Assembly (NCBI GenBank): GCA_964384845.1
Contig: CAYLLU010000005.1
Coordinates: 12,212 to 61,666 of the forward strand
Reading direction: 5' to 3'
DNA length: 49,455 bases
Source of the DNA: an uncultured Dehalococcoidia bacterium
Lineage (GTDB): Bacteria > Chloroflexota > Dehalococcoidia > Lucifugimonadales > CAJWER01
The stretch's first letter is position 1. The number at the start of each line of letters is the position of its first letter. A model generated the notes under the pieces. The model searched no databases. It was given only the letters and a program-made list of their open reading frames with translations, and was not told the DNA's origin. The translations under genes and the position numbers were made by a program. Of the stretch, positions 29,632 through 39,903 are shown piece after piece.

Positions 29632-31395
29632 CTATCGCCTGCCGAACTCACGATCCAGGCGTGCAGACGTCAGATGGATCATCGTCGGCCGACCATGAGG
29701 GCAGGTGTGGGGCAGTTTGCAGGCCTCGAGTTGGCGGGTCAGCTCTGACATCTGCTGCTGTCCGAGTCTCATGCCAGCCCTAATTGCCCCATGACATGCC
29801 ATCGAATATGCCGCACGTTCCTCCCACGACTCGAATCCACCACCCTCCGCCATCGATTCCAGCACATCCACAAGTCCCTGACCGGGGTCGTTTCCAGAGA
29901 GTAATGCTGGAACACCCCTGAGGATGAATGTGTGATCTCCGAAAGGCTCCACTATGAACCCCAATCCTAGGACTATGTCGGCGTGAGTTTTGACCATCTC
30001 ATTCTGACGCGGATCCAGTTTGACAGTCACTGGCTCCATGAGACTCTGAGATTCGGGTGCCCCTGTCGTGGATTTCCCCAAAACTCTTTCGAAAACGACC
30101 CTCTCATGGGCCGCATGTTGGTCTATGAGATAGATGCCGTCGGGCCCTTCAGCGGCGATATAGGTCACTTGGACCTGCCCCAGTACTCGAAGTGCGGGCA
30201 GAGCATCTCGTAGTAGCATCGTCTCCTGCAAGTGTGGTGTCGAATGAGTCTCTATAGTGGTGGGAGATGCAGGCTGGCCGGCGGCCGGTGGTTCTCCTAT
30301 AGGCCATATTGGACTAAGAGGAGGGGGCATAGAGTGGCCCTGTGCAATTGATGTGGTGTTACCGGTGGGTTGATTACTAAGCGTAGGGATCGGTGTGTGT
30401 GTGTTGAGCGTACTACGGACAGCCTGCTGTAGTGCCGAAAAGACTGATCCCTCGCGTCGGAACCGGACCTCGGTTTTCGAGGGGTGCACATTCACGTCTA
30501 TCTCATTGGGAGGGACGGAGATGTGGACCACGGCTAGGGGAAAGCGCCGCTCCATCAGAAATCCCCGGTAAGCCTCTTGCAGCGCGTATGTCAACATCCT
30601 ACTATGGACCCATCGGCCGTTGATGAAGATGGTGATGTGATTTCGATTAGAACGAGTTATTGAAGGCGGACCGATCATCCCTGCCACCACGACCTTGGAT
30701 TCATCTGCATCGTGTAGGTCGGTGTCAATGGTTATCATCGAGTGTGCTAACTGGGGACTGTATAGGTCTGAGACCACCTCACGTAGGTCACCGGAACCCA
30801 AGGTCCCGAAGCTTGTAAATCCATCGATGTTTAAGGTGAACCTAACCCCAGGGTAGGCAAGTGCGTAGCGGGAGGTTACAGTTTGGACACGGGAGCCCTC
30901 TGCAGCTGGTGTTCTGAGGAACTTGCGCCTGGCGGGGAGGTTCTTGAACAGGTGGCGTGACGTTATTATGGTGCCCGTAGTGGCTCCAATCGGGCCGTTG
31001 AGAATCACCACTCCATCCGTTAGCTCCGCGTGTGTTCCCTGTTCTTCGGTGGTCGTCTGTGTCACGATGGCTATGTCGGAGACTGCAGCGATGCTAGGCA
31101 AGGCCTCACCTCTGAAGCCCAATGTTTTGACTGTCTCAATGTCCTCTGCGATCGTCAGTTTACTAGTGCTGAACCTCTCGAAAGCCAGTTCTACCTCGGA
31201 GGCAGGGATTCCTGAGCCATTGTCCGCAACCCGGATTTCATCGATGCCGCCCGCCGAAAGCTCAATCGTAATTTCGGTGGCGCCTGCGTCCAAAGAGTTT
31301 TCCAGCAGTTCCTTGACCACCGAAGCTGGGCGCTCGATTACCTCTCCGGCGGCAATCTTGGACGACACGTCGATGGGTAGGAGTCGGATGGGCAT
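29632..31395 (-). CDS. mutL: DNA mismatch repair endonuclease MutL
   Basis: IAAGEVIERP, KELLENSLDAG, DNGSG, GFRGEAL, DVNVHP.K.EV, DQHAAHER, CPHGRP. Confidence 0.98.
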   Translation of the reverse strand: MPIRLLPIDVSSKIAAGEVIERPASVVKELLENSLDAGATEITIELSAGGIDEIRVADNGSGIPASEVELAFERFSTSKLTIAEDIETVKTLGFRGEALPSIAAVSDIAIVTQTTTEEQGTHAELTDGVVILNGPIGATTGTIITSRHLFKNLPARRKFLRTPAAEGSRVQTVTSRYALAYPGVRFTLNIDGFTSFGTLGSGDLREVVSDLYSPQLAHSMITIDTDLHDADESKVVVAGMIGPPSITRSNRNHITIFINGRWVHSRMLTYALQEAYRGFLMERRFPLAVVHISVPPNEIDVNVHPSKTEVRFRREGSVFSALQQAVRSTLNTHTPIPTLSNQPTGNTTSIAQGHSMPPPLSPIWPIGEPPAAGQPASPTTIETHSTPHLQETMLLRDALPALRVLGQVQVTYIAAEGPDGIYLIDQHAAHERVVFERVLGKSTTGAPESQSLMEPVTVKLDPRQNEMVKTHADIVLGLGFIVEPFGDHTFILRGVPALLSGNDPGQGLVDVLESMAEGGGFESWEERAAYSMACHGAIRAGMRLGQQQMSELTRQLEACKLPHTCPHGRPTMIHLTSARLDREFGRR

Positions 31396-31716
31396 TGATC
31401 CTACCTCTTGCCGATTGCACTAATCATGCTTTGACCGAGTAATAGGGTTTTTGTACTGATGACACCTAGACTTGCCTCGATCTGTATTTACGCCGACTTG
31501 AAGTATAACTGCGAGATGGACAGTAGAAAATTAACTGTAGGCACCACATTTTGTGGCCTGAGTGTGAGGCACTACACTTCTGATGTCAAACTTCCAAATA
31601 CTAATTCAAGGCTACTCGGGCCGATACGAAAATACTTTTTCGATAGTGACCTCAACTACTTTGTAGCGTTACACTAGATTGCATATTTGTACTAAGTTTA
31701 TTAGGAGACGTACCTC

Positions 31717-32697
31717 ATGCCAGAGTTCCCGACATTGCTGGATGTAATCGCAGCGAAGGAGCGTATTGCACCGTATCTGCACCGGACTCCGCTTCACCAC
31801 TATCGTGCGCTTGATGAGCTTATCGGTGCCGAAGTCTGGGTCAAACACGAGAATCACCATGTGATGGGGGCATTTAAGATTAGAGGTGCCCTTAATGTCA
31901 TCGCCCAACTTAGTGACGAGGAGAGATCCAAGGGCGTAGTCGCTGCGTCGACGGGCAATTTTGGTCAGGGTTTGGCCTATGCTGCTGGGATTTTTGGTGT
32001 CGACGCGGTTGTGGTCGTACCGGAAGAGGCGAATAGGGGCAAGGTTGAGTCGATGCGACGGCTTGGCGCTCGGATCGTCTTTTACGGCGATGAGTTCGAC
32101 GACTCTCGTGAACAAGCCGAGCGTCTTTCTCGAGAGGAGGGGCGCCACTATATCCACTCTGCTAACGAGGCAGGCCTCATACCGGGCACAGGTACGTATA
32201 CTCTTGAAATCATGGAGGACCTACCGGACGTTGATGTAATAATCGTCCCGATCGGCGGCGGCAGTGGTGCATGTGGTGCATGTATAGTAGCCAAGACTCT
32301 GAACCCGAAGGTCCAGGTGATCGGTGTGCAGTCGGAGGCGGCGCAGGCTCAATACCTGTCGTGGAGGGAGAATCGCGTGGTTGAGGCGCCTATGCAGACT
32401 ATTGCCGAGGGTCTGGCGACAGGCTCAGGCTATGCGGACACCCTAAATATCATGATCGAGCTACTAGATGATTTTATCCTGGTATCGGAAGACCAGCTCG
32501 ACGCCGCAGTTGTGGCGCATCTCACTAATACGCACAACCTCACTGAACACGCCGGTGCAGCTTCTCTAGCGGCAGCGATCAAGATCAAGAAGAGACTTGC
32601 CGGGAAAAAGATCGCTCTGGTTGTCAGCGGAGGTAATATTACCGTGGATCAGCTTAAATTGGCCTTGGGACGAGATTTCAACAATGGTTCAACATGA
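31717..32697 (+). CDS. Threonine/serine dehydratase (fold type II PLP, no ACT domain)
   Basis: GAFKIRGA, ASTGN, PIGGGSG, TIAEGL, VSGGN; RBS AGGAG. Confidence 0.92.
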   Translation: MPEFPTLLDVIAAKERIAPYLHRTPLHHYRALDELIGAEVWVKHENHHVMGAFKIRGALNVIAQLSDEERSKGVVAASTGNFGQGLAYAAGIFGVDAVVVVPEEANRGKVESMRRLGARIVFYGDEFDDSREQAERLSREEGRHYIHSANEAGLIPGTGTYTLEIMEDLPDVDVIIVPIGGGSGACGACIVAKTLNPKVQVIGVQSEAAQAQYLSWRENRVVEAPMQTIAEGLATGSGYADTLNIMIELLDDFILVSEDQLDAAVVAHLTNTHNLTEHAGAASLAAAIKIKKRLAGKKIALVVSGGNITVDQLKLALGRDFNNGST

Positions 32698-32795
32698 TAC
32701 TAAGATCGATGGGGATATTGGTACAAGCTCCTTTATCCAGTTGGCTCTAGGGAGTAGTCTGTATTATTGTTCACACGGGTTTAGTCGGTCGTGTT

Positions 32796-33815
32796 CTACC
32801 GATCGATGTCCACTGTATCCATCAGATCCAGAAGCCTTTGGTTAATCATGCGTGGGGTCGTGGGACCTCGGTAGACGAGGCTCGTGTACATTTGCACTGT
32901 AGTTGCCCCGGCTCGTATGGCCTCCCAAGCGTCCTCGCCGGAGAAGATGCCACCGCAGGCGTTGATGGCTATGTCGGGGCCGACCTCTGACCTGATATCC
33001 TCCACCATCCTGACCATGTCCGGGAAAATGGCCCGGCCACTAAGACCACCGGTACCCATCGATAGGGCAGAGTCTTTAGTTGGCCTAGAGTTAGCAACCG
33101 TCAACGCATCCACTCCCTGTTCGACGCATGCATGGGCCAGGGATAGGACTCGTTCCCTTTCATCTCCACTATTGGCCTCGGATTCGGGGTATGGCGGTAA
33201 CTTTACCATCAGTGGTTTTTTTCGGTCATCGCCCACGCGCTGGACTAGTTCAGAAAGTGCATCAGGCTCGTGGAATACTCGTAATCCGACTGTGTTGGGC
33301 GAGCTGATGTTCACCTCGACTGCGTCGACCAAGGGCTCTAGGCGTCGGTGGCACCTCAGCACCTCCTCAACCATCGTTCCTGCAATAGAAACAACGATCG
33401 GTGTATCTAAAGTGGCGCGATCTGTCGCTTCCAGCCGTCGTGCCGCAGCCTCTAGCCCCTGCCCAGGAAAGCCCAGCGCGTTCATGAGTGAATCATGCTC
33501 CGGATAGCGGAGCACTCGAGGCTTTGGATTTCCTGACCGTGGGTTTTCCGTCACCGTTCCACCTATCAGATATCCGAATCCCCATTGGGACAGTGAACCA
33601 AGCACACGACAATCCTTGTCGAAGCCGGCTGCGAGACCTAGAGGGTTTTTGAGCCTCATGCCGCACCAATTGACCTCGAGCCTAGGGTCATTGACCCTCA
33701 GTATCTTAGAGAGAGCGCGCCAAGGAGCGACTGGTCGCAGAAATACATCTGTGATTTTCTGGGCCACCTCAGGGGGCAACATGAATAACATTGGTCTGAG
33801 CAGGTGTTTGTACAT
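32796..33815 (-). CDS. pyrD: Dihydroorotate dehydrogenase (quinone), class 2
   Basis: NPLGLAAGFDK, GNPKPR, NISSPNT (catalytic Ser), VKLPP, GGLSG, GA..VQ.Y. Confidence 0.93.
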   Translation of the reverse strand: MYKHLLRPMLFMLPPEVAQKITDVFLRPVAPWRALSKILRVNDPRLEVNWCGMRLKNPLGLAAGFDKDCRVLGSLSQWGFGYLIGGTVTENPRSGNPKPRVLRYPEHDSLMNALGFPGQGLEAAARRLEATDRATLDTPIVVSIAGTMVEEVLRCHRRLEPLVDAVEVNISSPNTVGLRVFHEPDALSELVQRVGDDRKKPLMVKLPPYPESEANSGDERERVLSLAHACVEQGVDALTVANSRPTKDSALSMGTGGLSGRAIFPDMVRMVEDIRSEVGPDIAINACGGIFSGEDAWEAIRAGATTVQMYTSLVYRGPTTPRMINQRLLDLMDTVDIDR

Positions 33816-33953
33816 TTAATTTAAGATACTAGACCCCAACGGATTATATATCAGTCTTACTCAATAAGCCTGGTAGCCACAAAAATTTGGGCATAGGTCT
33901 CATCTCTGGCGTATAATGTCTGAGGATCTCTCTAATGGAGTAGTGGTCACGCG

Positions 33954-34730
33954 ATGGACATCGTGTTTGATAGAGGCAGCGCTGAGCACCCCAAGGGACA
34001 TGCTCTCCTGTACTTCAGAAGTAATCTTGATACCGATGAGGTATGGGTCACCTATCTGGTTATTCTCCCGGTCTCTGTCGATGTGAGCAAATATGTGCCA
34101 CCGTTTCTGATCGAACAAGTTGCGCACATGGGCCCGAAGGAATTATCCGCTTTCGCATTCCCTCCTGCACCAGAGAGGCTGGGTAGCTACGATGATCTCG
34201 AGAACCTAGCTGAAGCTCGTGACGATGACATTCTATCCGCAGGACAAATCAATCTCACCGACGTCCCCGCGGCGATGATGGCGATCAATGAGACCGTGCA
34301 GTGGTACTCGAAGATTTATGGGGAGTTGGTCGGCGTCATTGGGACTGTCCAGGATGAGAGTCTGGAAGTCAACAACATCGATGATGATGCCGATCTAGGG
34401 GTCAACGAGGTAATGTATGGCCTTATGAGTGGTGTCGATAAACTTGGCGAGTTGGCCAAGCTCGTCGGAGCGCTCAAGTTTGCTCTAGAGGGCGCTGACG
34501 AGTCACAGATAAGGGAGACGGAAGCGGAGATGTACCTCCTAGCTGGGCACCTGCCGGAGAATCACTACGTTCCTCAGCTCATCCAGGCGGTCAAGTCCAC
34601 CGACAGTCGGGGCGCCCATCTCGCCGACCTATATCTCAACCGCTGCTTCCACTTGATCCAGGAGGATTATTCCGGACTTGCGCAGATAGAACAGGATTTG
34701 AAGCTTTTGGGAGCGGAACAACCCGAGTAA
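33954..34730 (+). CDS. Hypothetical acidic protein
   Basis: Long ORF with protein-like composition, GGAG RBS and TATAAT at 33912-33917; no motif recognised. Confidence 0.85.
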   Translation: MDIVFDRGSAEHPKGHALLYFRSNLDTDEVWVTYLVILPVSVDVSKYVPPFLIEQVAHMGPKELSAFAFPPAPERLGSYDDLENLAEARDDDILSAGQINLTDVPAAMMAINETVQWYSKIYGELVGVIGTVQDESLEVNNIDDDADLGVNEVMYGLMSGVDKLGELAKLVGALKFALEGADESQIRETEAEMYLLAGHLPENHYVPQLIQAVKSTDSRGAHLADLYLNRCFHLIQEDYSGLAQIEQDLKLLGAEQPE

Positions 34731-35063
34731 ATACGGAACCGGTTCATCGAACATAGTGGGTTCGATATTGCCTCAAGTTCGAAATCCTTGCTTAAATTGG
34801 GCTCTATGTACCTGCGTTAATTGTTGGAATTCAGCAGTACATCGGTCGACACTCTGGGGCATCTTCACAATTCGCATTATCGTTCCACCTGCAAAGGGAG
34901 AGACAAGAGCCAATCGGATGAAGGTAATCAGAGTGGAGGCTCACATAGATCTGGTGATGCTGATTCAATCGAAAAACTGGATGGGCAGACTCGAATGAAG
35001 CACTTTCACGATGCCCGTGGGCCGAGCGACGAACGCTCTTCGTAGAAGTCAGTAAGGGCGAAA

Positions 35064-36011
35064 TTAACCTCTGGATATCATTTGCAAGACTTCTTTCCGC
35101 GAAGGCATGGCCTCCTGTGCGCCTGGTCTAGTGACTGCTAAAGCACCTGCGGCGGTACCGTACCTTAGTGCTGTCTCGAAATCGTAGCCGCCGCCCAGCG
35201 CAACGGCGAATGCTCCTCCAAATGCATCTCCCGCAGCCACGGTGTCGATGGCGTCCACGTTAGGGGAGCCGACGTGCCCACTACCGTCGGGCCCGAAGTA
35301 GTAGACACCATTCTTTCCCAACTTCACCACCGTCGTTGGCGCGCCCATTTTACAAAGTTTCTCTGCAGCGGCCTGGGCGGATTGTAAGTCGGTAACTGCA
35401 AAACCTGTGAGGGCCTCGGCTTCGGTTTGATTGGGTGTCACTACGTCGAGTGTCTGGAGCGATTCCACCGGAAATCCAGCAGTGGCAGGCGCGGGATCCC
35501 ATATCACTGTGACCCCGAGCTTCTTCGCTTCCCTGGCTGCGACAATCGACACCTCGTGGGGTATTTCTAGCTGTAGCATGAGTACATCTGCACCCTTGAG
35601 AGTGTGTCGTGTAGCCACAAGTTGTTCATCGTCGCATTGAGTATTGGCCCCGTAGATGGCTACGATGTGATTCTGTCGCTCGGCATTCAGTAAAATCATA
35701 GCGATACCGGAGGCCTGCTCAGGGTCTGTAGATACGCCTGTCACGTCAATTCCATATCCTCTCAGATCGTTCAGCAGTATGGGTCCGAAGGTATCAGATC
35801 CCACGCGTCCTATCATGCTGACACTGGCTCCCATGCGCGCTGCCGCGACTGCCTGGTTACCACCCTTTCCCCCCGGAGCGGTGTAGAATCGATCACCAAT
35901 TATCGTCTCACCTGGCTCCGCGAGTCGGGAAGTGATCCCGATCAGGTCCATGTTGATACCGCCCAGTACCACGATTTTGGGGCGTTTGTATACAGACTCA
36001 CTCGTACTCAT
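35064..36011 (-). CDS. rbsK: Ribokinase (PfkB family)
   Basis: GGINMD, GGKGGNQAVAAAR, QLEIP, TPNQTEA, DTVAAGDAF. Confidence 0.93.
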   Translation of the reverse strand: MSTSESVYKRPKIVVLGGINMDLIGITSRLAEPGETIIGDRFYTAPGGKGGNQAVAAARMGASVSMIGRVGSDTFGPILLNDLRGYGIDVTGVSTDPEQASGIAMILLNAERQNHIVAIYGANTQCDDEQLVATRHTLKGADVLMLQLEIPHEVSIVAAREAKKLGVTVIWDPAPATAGFPVESLQTLDVVTPNQTEAEALTGFAVTDLQSAQAAAEKLCKMGAPTTVVKLGKNGVYYFGPDGSGHVGSPNVDAIDTVAAGDAFGGAFAVALGGGYDFETALRYGTAAGALAVTRPGAQEAMPSRKEVLQMISRG

Positions 36012-36022
36012 CTAGTTCGGAT

Positions 36023-36832
36023 TCATCCTATGTGTCCCTCTTTCAACATCTGTTCAAGGACTTGGGCAGCTCCGTCCTCGCCAAGGGGAGCTGCAACCAT
36101 GTCTGCCGCCTCAAGCACCTCTGGGAGTGTGTTTCCCACCGCGATACCTAAACCTGCCCAGCGCAGCATGTCCACGTCGTTATAGCCGTTGCCGAAAGTA
36201 ATGGTTTGGCGTCGTTCAATTCCTAAGTGGTCACAGAGCCATTGCAGCGCATTGTGCTTGCCGCTCTCGGGGTGCAGTATCTCGCAAAAGGTTGGCAGGG
36301 ATCGGGTGATGTGTAGTCGAGCGCCAAATGCTCTCTTTAGTTGAGGTTCCAGTTTGGCGATGTCGGCGGGGTCGCCGACGGCAAAGAGTCGCGATGGGTT
36401 CATCTCTGCAACCGACGATAGGTTGTCCAAGGCATGTATCCTTCCTTGGTTGCGTTCACTATACCCCTCGGCCCATGGCGTCATCATGTTTACGTACACT
36501 TCATCTCCTACCGACGCGACGATTTCGCTGTTCCAATCTGCAAGGGCATCGAGTGCAGACAGCGTTAGATCGGGAGTAAGAGGGCGGTGCCAGAGAACCT
36601 CTCCAGTTCCAGGATCCGCCACGTGGGCCCCTTGGAACGAGATGATCGGCGACGTCAGTCCAAGCTCCTTCGTGGACGTCATTGCGGAGCGGAACATCCG
36701 CCCGGTTGCCACGGTTATTATGGCCCCAGCCTGACCTACCGCTTTTATAGCCGCCTTCGTTCGGTCAGAAATGCCGTGCTCTTGGCTCCGAATTGTGCCG
36801 TCAATATCCAGCGCTATTAGCCGAAAGTCCAT
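36023..36832 (-). CDS. Cof-type HAD-IIB hydrolase
   Basis: DIDGT, ATGR, K in ESGKH, FGNGYNDVDM. Confidence 0.93.
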   Translation of the reverse strand: MDFRLIALDIDGTIRSQEHGISDRTKAAIKAVGQAGAIITVATGRMFRSAMTSTKELGLTSPIISFQGAHVADPGTGEVLWHRPLTPDLTLSALDALADWNSEIVASVGDEVYVNMMTPWAEGYSERNQGRIHALDNLSSVAEMNPSRLFAVGDPADIAKLEPQLKRAFGARLHITRSLPTFCEILHPESGKHNALQWLCDHLGIERRQTITFGNGYNDVDMLRWAGLGIAVGNTLPEVLEAADMVAAPLGEDGAAQVLEQMLKEGHIG

Positions 36833-37004
36833 ATAGTACCTGTAGTGTGGTAGTATTTGCTCCCGAATCCTCGGAGTACTATCTCTATGAAACTGTCTCC
36901 CAGACGACTACTGTGGATGATAGTTATGCCTCTTGTGGCCGTGTTATTGGCACTGGCTTTCAGGGGTTCCTGATCCACCGTTGGCTATCCACTGGATGCG
37001 CACA

Positions 37005-38501
37005 CTAGCGGAATTGGAACGAGTATATGTCAGCGTCCTTTAATACCATACGTATGCGCACCTGGCGACCTGCAAGTGCGCTGACGTCCGGACCGTTATC
37101 CCAGTTAACTACCCTTTCGATGTCATCGCCATATATCTCCGGGCAGTTTCCCAGAGCGTATTTATCGATGGGTTGTCCCCCTTCATCCTGTAGTTCGACA
37201 CGTATGCTCCCCGCGGCCGACGTGGAGACGTTAAGAACAAGCTCATGGCCCTTAAATACCACTGGTCGGGTAATCAGCTCTCCACCGGTCAGCTTCGCGT
37301 AGACGGATACGAAGCCATCGATGCGTAGTGAATGGCGACGAAGGCGTTTTGCAGTGTCCGGCTGGTGGGCTGCCTCGGTAACATAGAACGACAACTCCCT
37401 CCCCGCGCCATGAATTGTCGATTCGGTCTCCACGATGCCCCAATTCTGGTAGTTATCGCCATAAAACCAGCCGTCCCTTGATCTTAAACCCGGACGTATA
37501 AATGATTCCGGCCAAAGGTCGAAGTGGATAGCATCACGGCTGGACATGAACATACCGTCGGTAACCGCCGTGCCTTCGCGCCTACTTCCACTAGCCCGGA
37601 CACGTCGGTAGTCGAGCTGAGGAAGTGCCTCTGTCGAGCGGTTCCAACCTCGATCTTCATAGCGTGTGGGGAATCCGAGGTAGATATGCGGTGCTCGATA
37701 ATATGGGATGACCCCGTTCGTGTACAGTTCACTGGTACGGCTAGGGGAATAACTTAGCCAGACGGGATCTGTCCAGTCTAGGAAGTCCTGGGAAGTGCCC
37801 GTGCGAATGTCGCGGCCGTTGGGATAATCGCGAAAGTCTCTGTGGTATTCACGATACTTCCCATGCAACGTGTCCCAGAACGCCAGATTGTGGGAATCAA
37901 AGTAACCCTTGGTAATCACAGGCTGTTCACTCATCTTGGACCAGTGAATTCCGTCTGGAGATTTCAGTGGCACGATACCGCGCGGACGACCAGCTGCTTC
38001 CAATGGAGGAACTACTATGACGGCCTTGTACGTGGCATCAGGATCTACATTGGGATTATCATCTTTGAAGGGTACGAAATTATTCGCCCCCTCACCCTCC
38101 CAAACGATGTTGTTGTCCTGGGACCCCTCCCACTCCACTAATCCGAGAGAGGGGCGAGTCCAGGTTAGGCCGTCGGTGCTCTCGGCGTAGCAGACAACAC
38201 GTTGTTTGGGCGTCTCTGCTCTTTCTCCCATACGGTATACCGTGTGAGCGCCACGATAGAACATTCGGTAGATGTCGTTATCTTGGAATACGGTAAAGTG
38301 GCCGCACGCGTTGCCCTCCCAAGGTTGATCACAGATGAGCGAAACTTCTTGTGGGTCCGGATGGTGCAGCACTAGTTCTGCGCCGGCCATCCTGTCGATG
38401 TTATGGCGGTCCACAAACAGCTCAAGTCGGGAGCCGATCTGATATATGTTGTTGCCGGATCCGGAAACTTGAGACGTCAATGCGGCCTCCGAGAATCTCA
38501 A
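37005..38501 (-). CDS. Putative glycosidase-like beta-propeller protein
   Basis: Repeated S.DG..W motifs (STDGLTW, SPDGIHW, SQDFLDW, SRDAIHF), RLELFVD, FDS.N, LRIDGFVS. Confidence 0.7.
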   Translation of the reverse strand: MRFSEAALTSQVSGSGNNIYQIGSRLELFVDRHNIDRMAGAELVLHHPDPQEVSLICDQPWEGNACGHFTVFQDNDIYRMFYRGAHTVYRMGERAETPKQRVVCYAESTDGLTWTRPSLGLVEWEGSQDNNIVWEGEGANNFVPFKDDNPNVDPDATYKAVIVVPPLEAAGRPRGIVPLKSPDGIHWSKMSEQPVITKGYFDSHNLAFWDTLHGKYREYHRDFRDYPNGRDIRTGTSQDFLDWTDPVWLSYSPSRTSELYTNGVIPYYRAPHIYLGFPTRYEDRGWNRSTEALPQLDYRRVRASGSRREGTAVTDGMFMSSRDAIHFDLWPESFIRPGLRSRDGWFYGDNYQNWGIVETESTIHGAGRELSFYVTEAAHQPDTAKRLRRHSLRIDGFVSVYAKLTGGELITRPVVFKGHELVLNVSTSAAGSIRVELQDEGGQPIDKYALGNCPEIYGDDIERVVNWDNGPDVSALAGRQVRIRMVLKDADIYSFQFR

Positions 38502-38603
38502 ATTCTAGTTGATGAGATAGTGATCGACCAAGTAAGCACGCACGGGCATGCATTAGCATGCATTAGATCGTAGAGCCACAATTAACATCGGATCGTTGTA
38601 TTC

Positions 38604-39587
38604 TCAGGTGTGGTGCAGACGATAGTGTTCGGAAAGCAGGTCTTGGCCAAAATCCCCATCCACGTCCCGCCAGACCGAGTGAATGTGATTGCCCATATCT
38701 TGGGTGTTGTCGTACTCTACGAATAGTGTTGGGCCATGTATACGATAGTAATGTGGCTGACCCACATGATGACTTCCGGCCCACCCAAACCGGATGGCAT
38801 CCAGGCCTTCCGACTGGAGTTTTTCCATGGCGCGCGCGGCAACGTCCGCGGGTTTACGTCCCAGGTAAACCCCTATTAGTGCCAAAAGTTTGTTCATCTG
38901 GTCTTCTACCATCTTACTGGCGGGGAGACCGATGGGGTCTCCGATATCGACGCGCGTACTGTTTCGGGTGATCATTTCAGACGGCGCTACGGGGTACAGA
39001 GTAGCCTGTTCTTGTTGTCTGGGGTCCAAACTGAGGAGAAGTTCCCTGGCCATGTCCTCCTCTTCTTTCAAGATGCGCAACCCTTTCTTGGGGCCCGAGG
39101 GCACAAGGGCCGGATTTGCACCGAAGAATGATGGCGTTGGTGACACCGCCTTGCCGTCCACGACCGTGAAGTTCAGTGACAGGTGATGCCCTTCAACGCG
39201 CCACCCCCACGGCTCCTCTGTGCCCGGTTGTCCAAAAACAGAGAAGTAGTAGAGTCCTATGTTCCGGTCGAATCGTCCGACTCCCGCGTTGGCTTCGATC
39301 CGTCCGAGGATTGTCTCGTGATCGATGATTGACCGTGCCTTGCGGTACCCGCCGTCACTCAGGCTACTGGCCATTAGGTTCATCGCCTCATTAATCTGTG
39401 ACCTAGACATCTCACCCAGGGTGACTCCGTGGCGTGCCTTTGGTACAAAGTGCCAGTCAAAACGCTTGTTGGATGTGATGGAATGGTTGGCACGGGTACG
39501 CTGTTCCAACGATAGCTCTGGAATCCACGCCGCTGCCGCTGCAATCGACAGGGATGCGGTTTGGGACGCATCATAGAGTTGAGTCAT
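38604..39587 (-). CDS. DUF3500 family protein
   Basis: WHFVP, WGWRVEGHHLSLNF, TPSFFGANP, HYYRIHGP, EYDNTQ..NHIHSVWRD..GDFG. Confidence 0.88.
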   Translation of the reverse strand: MTQLYDASQTASLSIAAAAAWIPELSLEQRTRANHSITSNKRFDWHFVPKARHGVTLGEMSRSQINEAMNLMASSLSDGGYRKARSIIDHETILGRIEANAGVGRFDRNIGLYYFSVFGQPGTEEPWGWRVEGHHLSLNFTVVDGKAVSPTPSFFGANPALVPSGPKKGLRILKEEEDMARELLLSLDPRQQEQATLYPVAPSEMITRNSTRVDIGDPIGLPASKMVEDQMNKLLALIGVYLGRKPADVAARAMEKLQSEGLDAIRFGWAGSHHVGQPHYYRIHGPTLFVEYDNTQDMGNHIHSVWRDVDGDFGQDLLSEHYRLHHT

Positions 39588-39903
39588 GGTGTCGCTCCCT
39601 CGATGATGGAATGCTCCGAGTATAACATCCGGTGTATCGGTCTTGTGGCCAGGCGGGACCAGATGTAGATTACACTATCACGGACAATACAATAATGGAG
39701 TACGTGGAGTCATGAACAATTATTGTCTCTGCCTCCATCGCGTGCTTTGTCTTGGAAACTTCGGATTATCTATAACCACGGGGATTACATGCGAACTTTG
39801 ATACCAGGTAGTACCCGATCGTTGAACATGAGCGTAGAGTATTGAAAACCTGCCAAAATAATCCAGAGCGCCAATTACACATACACAAACGAGGGACCTA
39901 TCT

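Noticed and set aside
34736-34764. LexA (GAAC-N4-GTTC) box
   Set aside because: Half-site spacings are 2 and 7 nt rather than 4, and the site lies between convergent gene ends.
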